Shown: in pieces, positions 1 to 10,009 of the stretch
Layout: the number at the start of each line of letters is the position of its first letter
Numbering within the stretch: the stretch's first letter is position 1
Source of the DNA: an uncultured Acholeplasmatales bacterium
GTDB taxonomy: Bacteria > Bacillota_I > Bacilli_A > Acholeplasmatales > UBA5453
DNA length: 62,579 bases
Assembly (NCBI GenBank): GCA_927433595.1
Contig: CAKMJY010000001.1
Span: 1 to 62,579, forward strand
Direction: 5' to 3'
Notes under the pieces: model-generated
Told to the model about the DNA's origin: nothing
What the model saw: only the letters and a program-made list of their open reading frames with translations
Databases searched by the model: none
Made by a program: the position numbers and the translations under genes

Positions 1-132
1 GTTGACTTCATTGCCATCGATAATTCTAACTAGTCCTTCTGTTTGAAGTTGGATATAGTCTTTATTCTCAGGATTCGTGTTGCTATTGCTTTCAGCTTTT
101 GATGAAGGAACGAAATACATCACATGTGTGAA
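1..132 (-). pseudogene. terL: Internal fragment of phage terminase large subunit, inverted, running off the window
   Basis: Minus strand reads FTHVMYFVPSSKAESNSNTNPENKDYIQLQTEGLVRIIDGNEVN, resembling the YFxP...DY...GL.i..GN.vd segment of TerL nuclease domains. Not in the ORF track. Confidence 0.7.
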
Positions 133-845
133 AGCACTTCGGAACTTCAGATTACTATTTCGGTAGTAAGAATAGAACAGAGTTACTGGAGACACTAGGA
201 GTAATGAAAGATATTAAATCTCTATTACCGAAAGCAATAAAAGCTTCGATGCAAATTAAAGGTATCTTAACAGCTAAATCACAAGCAGATCTTGAAGGTT
301 TAAAAGCATTTAAAGAAGAATTTGAACAAACACTTAATTCAAGTGATAAAGCACTGGGTGTGCTAGATGTAGCAGGCACATTTACGCCAGTTCAGATAGA
401 TCCAAAGGTTATTGACAAAGATACTTTAAGTTATATGGATCTTCAAATTATAAGTGAATTTGGAGTTGATTTATCGATTATCCAAGGCAACGCGGATGAA
501 AATAAATGGGCTTCATTTTATCAAAAATGTATCGAACCAATACAGGATGCTCTTGAACAAGCTGCATCATCGGTCTTATTCACAGTTAACGAGTTTAATC
601 ACGGGAATCGGATTAAGATCTATGATAGAAAAGTTCAACATCTGAGTATGTCAACAAGATTAAACCTAATAAAAGAATTAGGACCTCGAGGTTATTTATC
701 GAGATCAGAACAAAGAGAACTTGCAGGTTATGAACCAGACGGTGGTAAAGAACAAATATCGCTAAACTATGTTGATAGTGAGAATCAAAACAACTATCAG
801 AAATCAAATAAAGGAGCTGAAGAAGATGTCAATACCAAGAAATGA
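130..845 (+). pseudogene. HK97-type portal protein, 5'-truncated
   Basis: The frame of ORF 204..845 is open back to 132 (KHFGTSDYYFG...) and is blocked by TGA at 129-131. The C-terminal half is portal-like (FGV...FYQKCIEP...E.RELAGYEP..GG) and sits directly before the prohead protease. Confidence 0.8.
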
Positions 846-1482
846 TGAAAAGATCTTAAGAGCTGCAGTCATCACTGAGTTAAGAACCTCAGATGAAAAC
901 AATGAACATGTTGTGGAAGGATATGCAGTCCTATTTGAACAACCAACAAAAATAGGAGATTACTTCCTAGAAACGATTTCAAGAGGCGCAATTAAAGATG
1001 ATGCACTTGATGACGTGTTATTCTTTGTAAACCATGATTCATCAAAGATTTCGTTAGCGAGATCAAGAAGAAACAATGCAAATAGCTCACTTCAACTTAA
1101 AGTAGATGAAAGAGGTCTTTACTTCAGAACTAAGCTGGATATAGAAAATAACACAGAGGCAGCCGCATTGTATTCAGCTATTAAACGTGGGGACGTGGAC
1201 GGCATGTCATTTTGGATGAGAGTCAATAAAGATGAATGGTCTGACTTAAACACTGAAACCCCAAAAAGACGTATTACAGAGATATCTAAGATTTTCGAAA
1301 TCAGTGCCGTTAATTGGCCTGCGTACGAAAATACTGAAATATATGCTAGAAGCAATAAAGACACGTTGGATAACGACAAGAAGGCGTTGGAGAATGCCAG
1401 GTCAACAGAATTGGATAATGCTGCAGATATTGCTGAAGCAAAAAGAAAACAATTGATGTTCAAAGTTCAAAATAGATTATAG
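826..1482 (+). CDS. HK97-family prohead protease
   Basis: VEGYAVLF, FFVNHD, GDVDGMSF, EISAVNWPAY motifs. Start moved to ATG 826 after AGGAG. Confidence 0.92.
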   Translation: MSIPRNDEKILRAAVITELRTSDENNEHVVEGYAVLFEQPTKIGDYFLETISRGAIKDDALDDVLFFVNHDSSKISLARSRRNNANSSLQLKVDERGLYFRTKLDIENNTEAAALYSAIKRGDVDGMSFWMRVNKDEWSDLNTETPKRRITEISKIFEISAVNWPAYENTEIYARSNKDTLDNDKKALENARSTELDNAADIAEAKRKQLMFKVQNRL

Positions 1483-1491
1483 GAGGATAAC

Positions 1492-2688
1492 ATGAACTTA
1501 CTTGAAATGATTAACAAAATTGAATTAAGAATGAATGAAATTCACAAAGAACTAACTGGATTAGACACTTCAAAAGAAGAGAGTAGATCTAAACTAGATG
1601 AACTCGAAAAAGAGTACAACGCGAAGAAGGAAGAAAGAGCAAGCTTACTTAAGATTGCAGAAATCAAACCTATTGAAGTCACTAAATCACCATTCAGAGC
1701 TGCTGATTTAGGTGGAGGGAATACAAATCCTCAAGAGTCAAGTCTTGAATATCGTAAGGCGTTCATGACATATATTCAAACCGGAAAGCGATCAGTTGCT
1801 CTGGATGAAATGAGAGCAGATGCATCAACATTACAATCAGATGTATCAGCGGTAATTCCAACCCAAATTCAAAATAGAGTAATTGATACTCTAACTGTGA
1901 GCGGCAGAATCTATGCTAGAATCTCAAAAACGAATTTACCGTCAGGTACTAGATTCCCGATCAACTCTGTGAACCCAACCGCTACATGGGTAGCTGAAAA
2001 TGCGAAATCAGACAGACAAAAGATGACATTAAATACTTATGTTGAGTTCGGGTCTTATAAGCTTCAAGTTAGAGTTGCAACATCTTTAGAAACTGCAACA
2101 AACTCACTTGAAATCTTCGAAAAACTCGTAGCAGATAAGATTGTCAAGGCAATTATTAAAGCTATTGAAACGGCTGTTATCTCTGGTACAGGTTTAGGCA
2201 CACCAACAGGTTTAGTTGTAGACTCAAGAATTGCTGCAGCACAAAAAGTTGCAACAACAATTGCACAATTAAACTATGCCGGGTGGGTAGAACGTTACGG
2301 GAAAATTCCTGCAGCTTACCTAGATAGAGACTTGGTTTGGTTAATGCACCAAGATACATTCTTCAAGTACGTAATCAGTCTTACGGACACAACAGGACAA
2401 CCAGTTGCTCGTACAATTCAAGGTATCGATGGAAAACCTAAACACATCTTGTTGGGTCACGAAGTACTATTTGAAAACTCATTACCAACTGCAGATACTG
2501 CAGTAGCAAATGATCTTTTCGTAATCTTTGGAGATCTATCAGAATATGATTTCAACAGTAACTTAGTCATGACTTATCGCAAGTATGTGGATGAAGAAAC
2601 TGATGAGATTGTGGACAAAATCACCCTATTGGGCGATGGTAAAGTATTAGATCCAAAACCATTTGTTTTCTTTAAGAAAGCAGTATAA
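1492..2688 (+). CDS. HK97-fold major capsid protein with N-terminal coiled-coil delta domain
   Basis: Position, size (398 aa), WVAE, G.G.G.P.G and FGDLS motifs, strong SD AGGAGG. Confidence 0.92.
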   Translation: MNLLEMINKIELRMNEIHKELTGLDTSKEESRSKLDELEKEYNAKKEERASLLKIAEIKPIEVTKSPFRAADLGGGNTNPQESSLEYRKAFMTYIQTGKRSVALDEMRADASTLQSDVSAVIPTQIQNRVIDTLTVSGRIYARISKTNLPSGTRFPINSVNPTATWVAENAKSDRQKMTLNTYVEFGSYKLQVRVATSLETATNSLEIFEKLVADKIVKAIIKAIETAVISGTGLGTPTGLVVDSRIAAAQKVATTIAQLNYAGWVERYGKIPAAYLDRDLVWLMHQDTFFKYVISLTDTTGQPVARTIQGIDGKPKHILLGHEVLFENSLPTADTAVANDLFVIFGDLSEYDFNSNLVMTYRKYVDEETDEIVDKITLLGDGKVLDPKPFVFFKKAV

Positions 2689-2719
2689 CATTTAAATCCA
2701 TAAGCAAAGGTGATGAAAT

Positions 2720-3040
2720 ATGAGTACAGTACTAGAAACATACATAGATGATAATATCAACAACATCGCACTTACTATCGGATATGACAGTAATGATTTA
2801 GACTCCATGGCAATTCTGCGTGGGTTTATTGAGTCTGGCATTGAAGATATGATTGCTGCAGGTGTCTCAGAACAAGTTTTGACAAGTAATAAGCTCAGTT
2901 TCATCACCATTTGTTTATACGTTAAGGATAACTTACCGTTATCTTCTGGCGTTGCTACAAGCTCACCTATTTACATCGCTAACGTTCAAAAACTTAGACT
3001 AATATCCAGAGTAGTAGAAAGCACGAGTGTTACAACATGA
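2720..3040 (+). CDS. Head-tail connector (gp6-like)
   Basis: 106 aa directly after the capsid gene; helical, with an AGV motif. Confidence 0.65.
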   Translation: MSTVLETYIDDNINNIALTIGYDSNDLDSMAILRGFIESGIEDMIAAGVSEQVLTSNKLSFITICLYVKDNLPLSSGVATSSPIYIANVQKLRLISRVVESTSVTT

Positions 3041-3390
3041 GTGTATGTACAACAAGAATGATTTTGCTTCTACGAGTAGAAGATGTACAAAATCCAACAA
3101 ATGGGTATCGTACAAAGACCATTACTGGACAAAGAAAACTGTTAGCAGATGTTACAAACGTTGGTTCGAATATTCAAATGAATGCTGTATCGTTAGGTAC
3201 TGTATACAGCAATCAAATCGAACTGAGAGAAAAGATGTATAAAGGTGAAGCATACGTTGCATTCAAGGTTGATGGATCAATGAATGTTTATGAGATAAAG
3301 AGTACCGTTAAAGGTAAGACTTCTGAGTATCGTAAGCTGAACGTCCAGATAACAAAAGAAAGCATCGAAGGAGTTGATTCTCTTGTTTGA
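3037..3390 (+). CDS. Putative head-closure/stopper protein
   Basis: Synteny; beta-rich 117 aa; ATGA overlap with the upstream gene. Confidence 0.55.
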   Translation: MSVCTTRMILLLRVEDVQNPTNGYRTKTITGQRKLLADVTNVGSNIQMNAVSLGTVYSNQIELREKMYKGEAYVAFKVDGSMNVYEIKSTVKGKTSEYRKLNVQITKESIEGVDSLV

Positions 3391-3733
3391 TGATCCAGAC
3401 TTCTTATATAAGTTATTTAAAGATTTAGGCACACATGCACCTATCTATATGAATGCTATGACAGATCCAGGTAATCAGGAGACATACGTAGTGATAGAGC
3501 CAGTACAAGATGTGCCAACAATTAACGGTGATGGAAAAGTATTACTTAGAACTATAGAGTTTAATGTAAGAATTCATACATCGAAGTCAAGCGATGGCGT
3601 TGTTCTTGCTAAATTATATGAAGCAATTCTAGATGCGAATGACATGACATACAATCGATATGGACCAACAATTGACCCGTTTTCAAAGAGGTTCTCCATT
3701 TTGATAATGGGAGAATATTATTATGGCAAATAA
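3374..3733 (+). CDS. Putative tail terminator/completion protein
   Basis: Synteny and size; YVVI...DG......FNVRIH pattern. Confidence 0.5.
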   Translation: MILLFDDPDFLYKLFKDLGTHAPIYMNAMTDPGNQETYVVIEPVQDVPTINGDGKVLLRTIEFNVRIHTSKSSDGVVLAKLYEAILDANDMTYNRYGPTIDPFSKRFSILIMGEYYYGK

Positions 3734-4103
3734 ATCACTTGAAGAGCAGTTTATAGAGATTGCTCAGGAGTATTCTAAGGAACTTAGAGAAGACATTGAA
3801 GAAGGGTTAACACTCGCTGCAATCGATCTAAAAAATGCGCTCGAACAAAACAGTCCTATCAGCAGATACGATGCTGAAGGTCAGAGCCATTTTAAGGACT
3901 CGTGGGTTATAAAGAACCAATATAAGAAAGTACGTTATGTTGGTAATACAAAAACTGTATCTGACCAATCTGGTAAGAACATTCCTTTATCAAACATATT
4001 AGAGTATTCAGAAGCTAGTCCGCATAAAGGATTCATTCAAAGAACTTTCAATTCTATAAGTGAAAGTTTATACAAGAGAATGGTTAGTAGAATTAAAAAA
4101 TAG
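3723..4103 (+). CDS. HK97 gp10-like neck protein
   Basis: SP...HFKDSW...NILEY...GFIQRTF pattern. Confidence 0.7.
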   Translation: MANKSLEEQFIEIAQEYSKELREDIEEGLTLAAIDLKNALEQNSPISRYDAEGQSHFKDSWVIKNQYKKVRYVGNTKTVSDQSGKNIPLSNILEYSEASPHKGFIQRTFNSISESLYKRMVSRIKK

Positions 4104-4115
4104 GAGGAATCATTC

Positions 4116-4727
4116 ATGAAAACAAATGAATTACAATTCAGTATCAAAAATGTGAAATACGCAGTTAAAGATTCCGTATTGGGAACATATGGCAATCCAG
4201 AAGACTTGGCGTTTGCTGAGCAATTAGCACTAGAAGCTACGTTCAGTTCACAACAACAATATGGCGATGGCCAAATTATTGCAACACTATCCTCAGATAA
4301 GGGTATGACCGGAACACTTACACTTGTTCAATTAGCGAATCAATATGAAATTGATATGAAACGTAAAATGGAAATTGACGGTGGATTGGCTGATGTCACT
4401 CAACTAGATGATGTTGAACATGCGATCTACTACGAGTTCGAAGTAGTAGCAAACGGTTCAAAGAAAACGATTAAAGCCTGGTTATTAAATGTAACGTCAG
4501 GACGTCCATCTGAAACACTCACTCAAACAAAAGAGAATCCTACGATTAATAACATCGAAATTTCTCTAACTATACTGGGTGAGACTCTTAAGACAAATTT
4601 AGGTACTGCAGACTATGTTGATGCCAATGGAAATACATTGAAAGTCACTAAGATTGTGTCCAAACCAGGAGATGCTGGTTACGCTACATTTGGTGATGCA
4701 GTTCCAATTCCGAAAGCATTAGCGTAG
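4116..4727 (+). CDS. Major tail tube protein (phi13-like)
   Basis: F.IKNVKYA N-terminus, YGDG, GTLTL and RPSE motifs; strong SD. Confidence 0.85.
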   Translation: MKTNELQFSIKNVKYAVKDSVLGTYGNPEDLAFAEQLALEATFSSQQQYGDGQIIATLSSDKGMTGTLTLVQLANQYEIDMKRKMEIDGGLADVTQLDDVEHAIYYEFEVVANGSKKTIKAWLLNVTSGRPSETLTQTKENPTINNIEISLTILGETLKTNLGTADYVDANGNTLKVTKIVSKPGDAGYATFGDAVPIPKALA

Positions 4728-4737
4728 GTGATAATTT

Positions 4738-5115
4738 ATGATTATCACACTTCCAACTGTCAAGAAGACTTACGATGAACAAACTGAGACTACTACAGTA
4801 ACAAGAGAAGATCTTAAGGTTGAGATTGATACCAGCTTCAAAGCTCATTTAAAATGGGAAGAGCAATTTCAATCCCAAAAAGGCATTGATTTAACTGAAA
4901 TGACTGCTAAGGTATCCGGATGGGTAAAAGATGCTAAAAAAGCAGCTTTACACATGTCTGATATGCTTAGAGTGTTGTACTGTTACATCAACACAGATCA
5001 ACTTCCAACATTTTCTGATTTTGTAGGAATACTTGAACCTGAAAATGCGTTAGAGGTAATTGAAAAGATTGGCAAGGTACTTGCTGAAACAGGCAAGACT
5101 ATAGCAAAAAAATAG
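4738..5115 (+). CDS. Tail assembly chaperone (gpG-like)
   Basis: Lies between major tail and TMP genes; ends in slippery A AAA AAA immediately before TAG. Confidence 0.85.
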   Translation: MIITLPTVKKTYDEQTETTTVTREDLKVEIDTSFKAHLKWEEQFQSQKGIDLTEMTAKVSGWVKDAKKAALHMSDMLRVLYCYINTDQLPTFSDFVGILEPENALEVIEKIGKVLAETGKTIAKK

Positions 5116-5417
5116 AGGCACGTGCTTCGCACTTATTAGATTTACATCACTCGCTCTATGGTGATAGTGAAACAAAGAGTGAGGAGCATGTGCCTTCAGT
5201 ATTTAAAACGATCCAAAGAGCAATTGACTACAATATCAGTTACGGACTTATGGAACGATTAAATTATGAAGACTTAAAAGCAATGATAATAGAGTATACA
5301 ATCCGTGATTTTGAGTTAGAGATTCAACGTAGAGAAAAAGATCGATTGGAGTCCAAAGGCATTAATCGAAGAAAAGCTACGGATGAAGAAATAGCTCGAT
5401 TACATGGTTTAAGTTAG
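5112..5417 (+). CDS. -1 frameshift extension of the tail chaperone (gpGT-like)
   Basis: The -1 frame is open from the slippery site (IEARASHLLDL...) through ORF 5190..5417. Confidence 0.82.
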   Translation: MEARASHLLDLHHSLYGDSETKSEEHVPSVFKTIQRAIDYNISYGLMERLNYEDLKAMIIEYTIRDFELEIQRREKDRLESKGINRRKATDEEIARLHGLS

Positions 5418-5427
5418 GAGGGAAATC

Positions 5428-7497
5428 ATGGCAGAAAAAACAAAAGGTTTGACTATAAAGTTGGGGTTTGATAATTCTGAGTTTAAGAAGAAAATCAAAG
5501 ATTCTACTTCAGAAATAAATGCCACTGATAAGCAAGTTAAAGCCCTTCAAAAATCACTAGAGTTGAAATGGGATGCATCGAAATTTACTCAAGCTCAAAA
5601 ACTATCTCAAGAAGCTATATCGAAGACTGAAATGAAAGCGAAGGAACTTCGTGCCGAGATGGCCAAAATGGAAGCAAAAGGTGTAGACACTTCGAGTGCA
5701 TCATATCAAAAACTTCAAACAGAATTAATTAAAACCGGGGATGAGGCTACAAAGCTTAAGAAAAAACTTGATGAAGTTAATCAAATGAAGGTTGATCGCT
5801 TAGCAAACAGTTTCAAGAATGCCGGTGACAAGATTAGCAAAGTTGGCCAATCGTTAATGGGTGTCAGTTTAGCTGCTACTGCAGTTATTGCATCTTTGGG
5901 TAAGTTAACTTCAGACACAGTTAAGACTGCTGCAGAAATTGACGACATGTCTCAAGCAGTAAATCTAAGTGCTGAAGCACTTCAAAAATGGCGATATGTA
6001 GCATTGCAATTAGGTTTGGATAACTCAACACTTCAAACCTCGCTTGCAAAGACTCAAGCTGCGTTTGCCGATCTATCTAAAGGTGAAGTATCACCTGCGA
6101 GCGATGCATTAATAGCTTTAGGCTTTAGTGCTGAAGAAGCAGCTAAAGGAATGAATGTTAATTTTGAACAAATGGTTCTTAAGCTATCAGAAGTGAGAGA
6201 TGCATCTGAACAAGCATTTCTTGTTAATGAGTTGTTTGGAGATAGGCTTGGCTCAAAGATAATTCCACTTTTAAACGGTGGTGCTGAAGGACTAGCAAAG
6301 CTATCGGCAGAGTTTGAAGAACTGGGTTACATGACCAACGAGCAAGTACAAGCATTTGCTGATTATGACGATCAATGGACCAAAATTAAAGCGTCACTCA
6401 AAAGTGTTCGTGATGAATTGACAGTGTCTCTTTTACCTATAATGCAAACACTCACAGATTTCGTAGATTCAAAAGTTGTTCCAGCTATCAGAAGTTTGGC
6501 CAACTGGTTTTCGAACCTGTCTACTGGACAAAAAGAGATGCTACTAGGTATTACAACCTTTGTTGCAGCATTAGCGCCCATGCTTCTAGTTGTCGGGAAA
6601 ATGACAAGTGGAATAGGTATGCTTATTAAAGGTGTACAAGGACTACAAGGCGCATTTACATTACTTGCTGCACATCCTATTGTTGCAGCATTATTGGCAG
6701 TTGCAGCAGTCATGATTTACTTGTATTCAAGTAATGAGAAATTCAGAGAATCAGTTAACGGATTAGTGTCTGAGTTAGGGTCAAAGTTTCAACCGATACT
6801 AGAACTATTAGGCGATGCATTTAAGGATATATCAAGTCAATTGATGCCACTTGTTGATACCTTAGGTAACTATCTAGCACCCATAATCAAAGTATTAACT
6901 ACAGCACTAGGACCTCTTGTAGATATCCTAGTAAATGTATTAATGCGAAATATTCAGTTCATGTTACCAGCAATTAAATTACTAGTGGATGGATGGACAT
7001 GGCTTGCTAGTGTTATCGACAAATATGTAGTACCAGTTATGGATAAACTAGCTGAAGGGTTTGACGCATTTATAAAGAGCCTACCAACAGCATTTAAAAA
7101 CGCTTTAAAAGGTATTGAGTATAATGTCAACTTAATATTCGATTTTATTAATAGAATGATTGATAAGATAAATACTTTAGGAAAAGTAGTTGGGTTCTCG
7201 ATTGACAAGCTTGAGGATATTTCTATTGATACAAGTTTTGTAGATAAGATGGGTATAGGCAAGTCTAGTGAAAAACCCGAATCAACTACTGTGGTATCCG
7301 ATAAGAAAAAATCTGATTCAGCTATTACAAAATCGGAATATACTGCATCAAATATCAACAACACAACTGTCAATACTACAAACGACTACTCAAACAAAGA
7401 TATCGTAATTAACGTGAATGTCCAAAATTATGCGGACGAACTTGATGTTAAGGATATTGCTAGACGTGTCAACATCGAAATGGCAAAACAAATGTAG
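5428..7497 (+). CDS. Tape measure protein
   Basis: KGLTIKLG N-terminus, coiled coils, hydrophobic Ala/Leu repeats; 689 aa. Confidence 0.92.
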   Translation: MAEKTKGLTIKLGFDNSEFKKKIKDSTSEINATDKQVKALQKSLELKWDASKFTQAQKLSQEAISKTEMKAKELRAEMAKMEAKGVDTSSASYQKLQTELIKTGDEATKLKKKLDEVNQMKVDRLANSFKNAGDKISKVGQSLMGVSLAATAVIASLGKLTSDTVKTAAEIDDMSQAVNLSAEALQKWRYVALQLGLDNSTLQTSLAKTQAAFADLSKGEVSPASDALIALGFSAEEAAKGMNVNFEQMVLKLSEVRDASEQAFLVNELFGDRLGSKIIPLLNGGAEGLAKLSAEFEELGYMTNEQVQAFADYDDQWTKIKASLKSVRDELTVSLLPIMQTLTDFVDSKVVPAIRSLANWFSNLSTGQKEMLLGITTFVAALAPMLLVVGKMTSGIGMLIKGVQGLQGAFTLLAAHPIVAALLAVAAVMIYLYSSNEKFRESVNGLVSELGSKFQPILELLGDAFKDISSQLMPLVDTLGNYLAPIIKVLTTALGPLVDILVNVLMRNIQFMLPAIKLLVDGWTWLASVIDKYVVPVMDKLAEGFDAFIKSLPTAFKNALKGIEYNVNLIFDFINRMIDKINTLGKVVGFSIDKLEDISIDTSFVDKMGIGKSSEKPESTTVVSDKKKSDSAITKSEYTASNINNTTVNTTNDYSNKDIVINVNVQNYADELDVKDIARRVNIEMAKQM

Positions 7498-7512
7498 AGG
7501 AGGTGCTTCGGC

Positions 7513-8271
7513 ATGAGACAATTCAAGTTATGGAATGCATCAAAGACCCAGGCATTCGACTTTGCAACAAATGGATGCATCATTACCGATGTCTCCGGAA
7601 TGGGATTAGGATTTAATGTATCTTTAGTCAACAGAGCCGTAGTCGATTATGAAAGTAAATTTGAGAATATAACTCTGTTGGCCAACTTTGGAATCAAATC
7701 CAATGCGTATACATCATTCAATGAATTTGCTAATTTTATTGCTTCGAATGGTAGAAAGAATCTGATCCTTGAATATGCAGTTAATGGAAGAACAGTTTAT
7801 TGTGATGTATGGATTAAGAGCATACCAAAGTCCCAAAAAACAACATTCAATATTTTAGCTGAGAAGCTAGAGTTTGTAAGATTAACTTACTGGTATCAAA
7901 TTGAAAGTGGTGTACTTCCTACATATCCATCTGTGATAAATATTGAAAATGGTGTGATGGAAGATATCCTGGTTAATCTAACAGTCAGTGGTCCAACAAG
8001 CGACACGTTCAAAGTAGCTCTTATATATGGATCTACTGTACTATCAGAGATTAAGTTAAATGTAGTTTTAACTTTAGATCATGTTCTAGAGATTGATGCA
8101 GATAACAAGAATGTTAAGCTCATTAATTCAGGAATCGAAAGCAATGGATATAATCTCATCGATCATTCGAAAGACACTTTTATAGTAGTGCCTTCTGGAG
8201 CCCATGGTTTATCAATATACGCAGGTACAGGTACAGTAACCTATAGTTTTAAGAAATGGGTGATTGATTAA
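7513..8271 (+). CDS. Distal tail protein (Dit-like)
   Basis: Follows TMP; MRQF.L.N...SGMG N-terminus and LEIDA C-terminal pattern. Confidence 0.75.
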   Translation: MRQFKLWNASKTQAFDFATNGCIITDVSGMGLGFNVSLVNRAVVDYESKFENITLLANFGIKSNAYTSFNEFANFIASNGRKNLILEYAVNGRTVYCDVWIKSIPKSQKTTFNILAEKLEFVRLTYWYQIESGVLPTYPSVINIENGVMEDILVNLTVSGPTSDTFKVALIYGSTVLSEIKLNVVLTLDHVLEIDADNKNVKLINSGIESNGYNLIDHSKDTFIVVPSGAHGLSIYAGTGTVTYSFKKWVID

Positions 8272-10001
8272 TGTATGCAGCAATTTATGGATACGATTAT
8301 CAAGATGGTAGAAGAAAACACCTAGGAAATGCTACGAACCTTGAACACACAACCTCAAAGCGCGTATTCGACTTCGGAAGTGCTAAAGTAACAGGTAAGT
8401 GTACATTTAAAATTGAAAGACCACTGCTTTATGTAATCAACGATGAACACGGACGTCAAAAGTTTTCTGGCTTTTTGAAGAACATTAAGCAAGATGACAA
8501 GTCGGAGAAAGTAGAGTTCGATGGCGAGGATTTCAAAAAGGTGCTTGATACAGAAATTATCCTAGACTTCACAAACGATGCAGTGCCTGATTTTACATGG
8601 AGCGGACTTATGGCAAAGGTTACTGAAGAAATTAGACAAACCAAGGATCCATTTATATCTACATTGGATTTAGAGTTTATCATTCCAACCGACTCGACAG
8701 ATACAAAAGTCATTGCTGATTATTCTAAACAGTACATGGTAGTCAACGCTAAAGAGTTTATGAAAGTCTATCTATCATACTTTAACTATTACATTGCAGA
8801 CTACTACGATATCGTGCAAGACAGCCTTATCTTTGAATTTAAGAAGATGAGCAGTGAAATAATCAGTATTAAGCTTAAAGATTTCGTACACGAGAAAACA
8901 ACTGCAGATATCAAAGTGAATAAAACAATTGCAACGATATCGCATAATACAATCGAAGATACAGCTTCATGGGAGAATAGCGATAGTGCTTACTATAACG
9001 CTGAACTTTCTTCAAATAAGGCTTCCATGATAGCTACAGACCTACCAGATCCAAACGGATATCCAACAGGATTCGCGTTAAGAAAAGTAGCTGGTCATCA
9101 GTATCAAAGTATCACAGAAGGTGAATACTGGTCATCAGGTAACAGGACTGCAATCGGTATTCCTCAATACGGCGTGAACGTGTGCTACACAGCACCTAGT
9201 TACAGTTCAGCTGTAGCAGCTGCAGGAGATCCAAACCTAAGAACTGAAAACACAGTGATTAGAGTAGTCTACAGAATTGCAGCAACAGGCGAATCATGTC
9301 CACAGGCTACGTTCATCAAAGTAGTGCCTACATCAGCAACGTATCACAAGAGAAGCGATGTAACGTTTAGACCAAGGCCGAATCTACCTGAGAAGATATA
9401 TACGCTTGGGAATGACAACGAAATCTATAGTGGGTATGCACCGGAAGATAAAAGAATCTATCCAATCGTGACTAAGGTGTTTGAAGCAACCTACCTATCC
9501 GAAGCTCAATTAAATGCTGTCTACGAGCTTGTAAATAACAGGTACGTAGAAAATATCATCATTAAGCAAAACAACCTTGTAAGCCCAATTGACCTAGAAT
9601 CAATAGAACTTTACACACCAGTGCGAGTCTACGATGATAACGGCTTTTATAAAGACATCCCAATCTCGGAAAAAACCTTCGTATGGAAGGCCAACGAAAA
9701 GTATACGGATGTGAAGCTAGGCTTCAAGAAAACCTTGCTGACTGAAATCATTAAAAACGAAATCGGAACCCAAGGCGTAGTGAAATCAGTTACGAGCAGT
9801 GGTGGCGGTGGCACAACCGTTCAACAATTCGAAATTTACCAGGGCGAGGTAGCACCAGACCCTAACCAATACAATACATGGTTCAAACCAATCGAAGGTA
9901 CTGAAGAAGTGCAAATGATGAGTACAACTGAAGTGTATACAGAACCAAGCACCATAGAACCGGATAACGGTCTAGACTCGGAGCCAACCGAGATAACTTA
10001 G
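8271..10001 (+). CDS. Tail hub/Tal-like baseplate protein with internal insert
   Basis: Position after Dit; KLGFKK..LT near the C-terminus, Gly linker and acidic tail. Confidence 0.65.
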   Translation: MYAAIYGYDYQDGRRKHLGNATNLEHTTSKRVFDFGSAKVTGKCTFKIERPLLYVINDEHGRQKFSGFLKNIKQDDKSEKVEFDGEDFKKVLDTEIILDFTNDAVPDFTWSGLMAKVTEEIRQTKDPFISTLDLEFIIPTDSTDTKVIADYSKQYMVVNAKEFMKVYLSYFNYYIADYYDIVQDSLIFEFKKMSSEIISIKLKDFVHEKTTADIKVNKTIATISHNTIEDTASWENSDSAYYNAELSSNKASMIATDLPDPNGYPTGFALRKVAGHQYQSITEGEYWSSGNRTAIGIPQYGVNVCYTAPSYSSAVAAAGDPNLRTENTVIRVVYRIAATGESCPQATFIKVVPTSATYHKRSDVTFRPRPNLPEKIYTLGNDNEIYSGYAPEDKRIYPIVTKVFEATYLSEAQLNAVYELVNNRYVENIIIKQNNLVSPIDLESIELYTPVRVYDDNGFYKDIPISEKTFVWKANEKYTDVKLGFKKTLLTEIIKNEIGTQGVVKSVTSSGGGGTTVQQFEIYQGEVAPDPNQYNTWFKPIEGTEEVQMMSTTEVYTEPSTIEPDNGLDSEPTEIT

Positions 10002-10009
10002 GAGGCAGT

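Noticed and set aside
204-845. Complete small portal gene starting at ATG 204
   Set aside because: Too short for an HK97 portal; the portal-like frame continues upstream to a stop at the junction, and the AGGAG is only 2 nt from the ATG.
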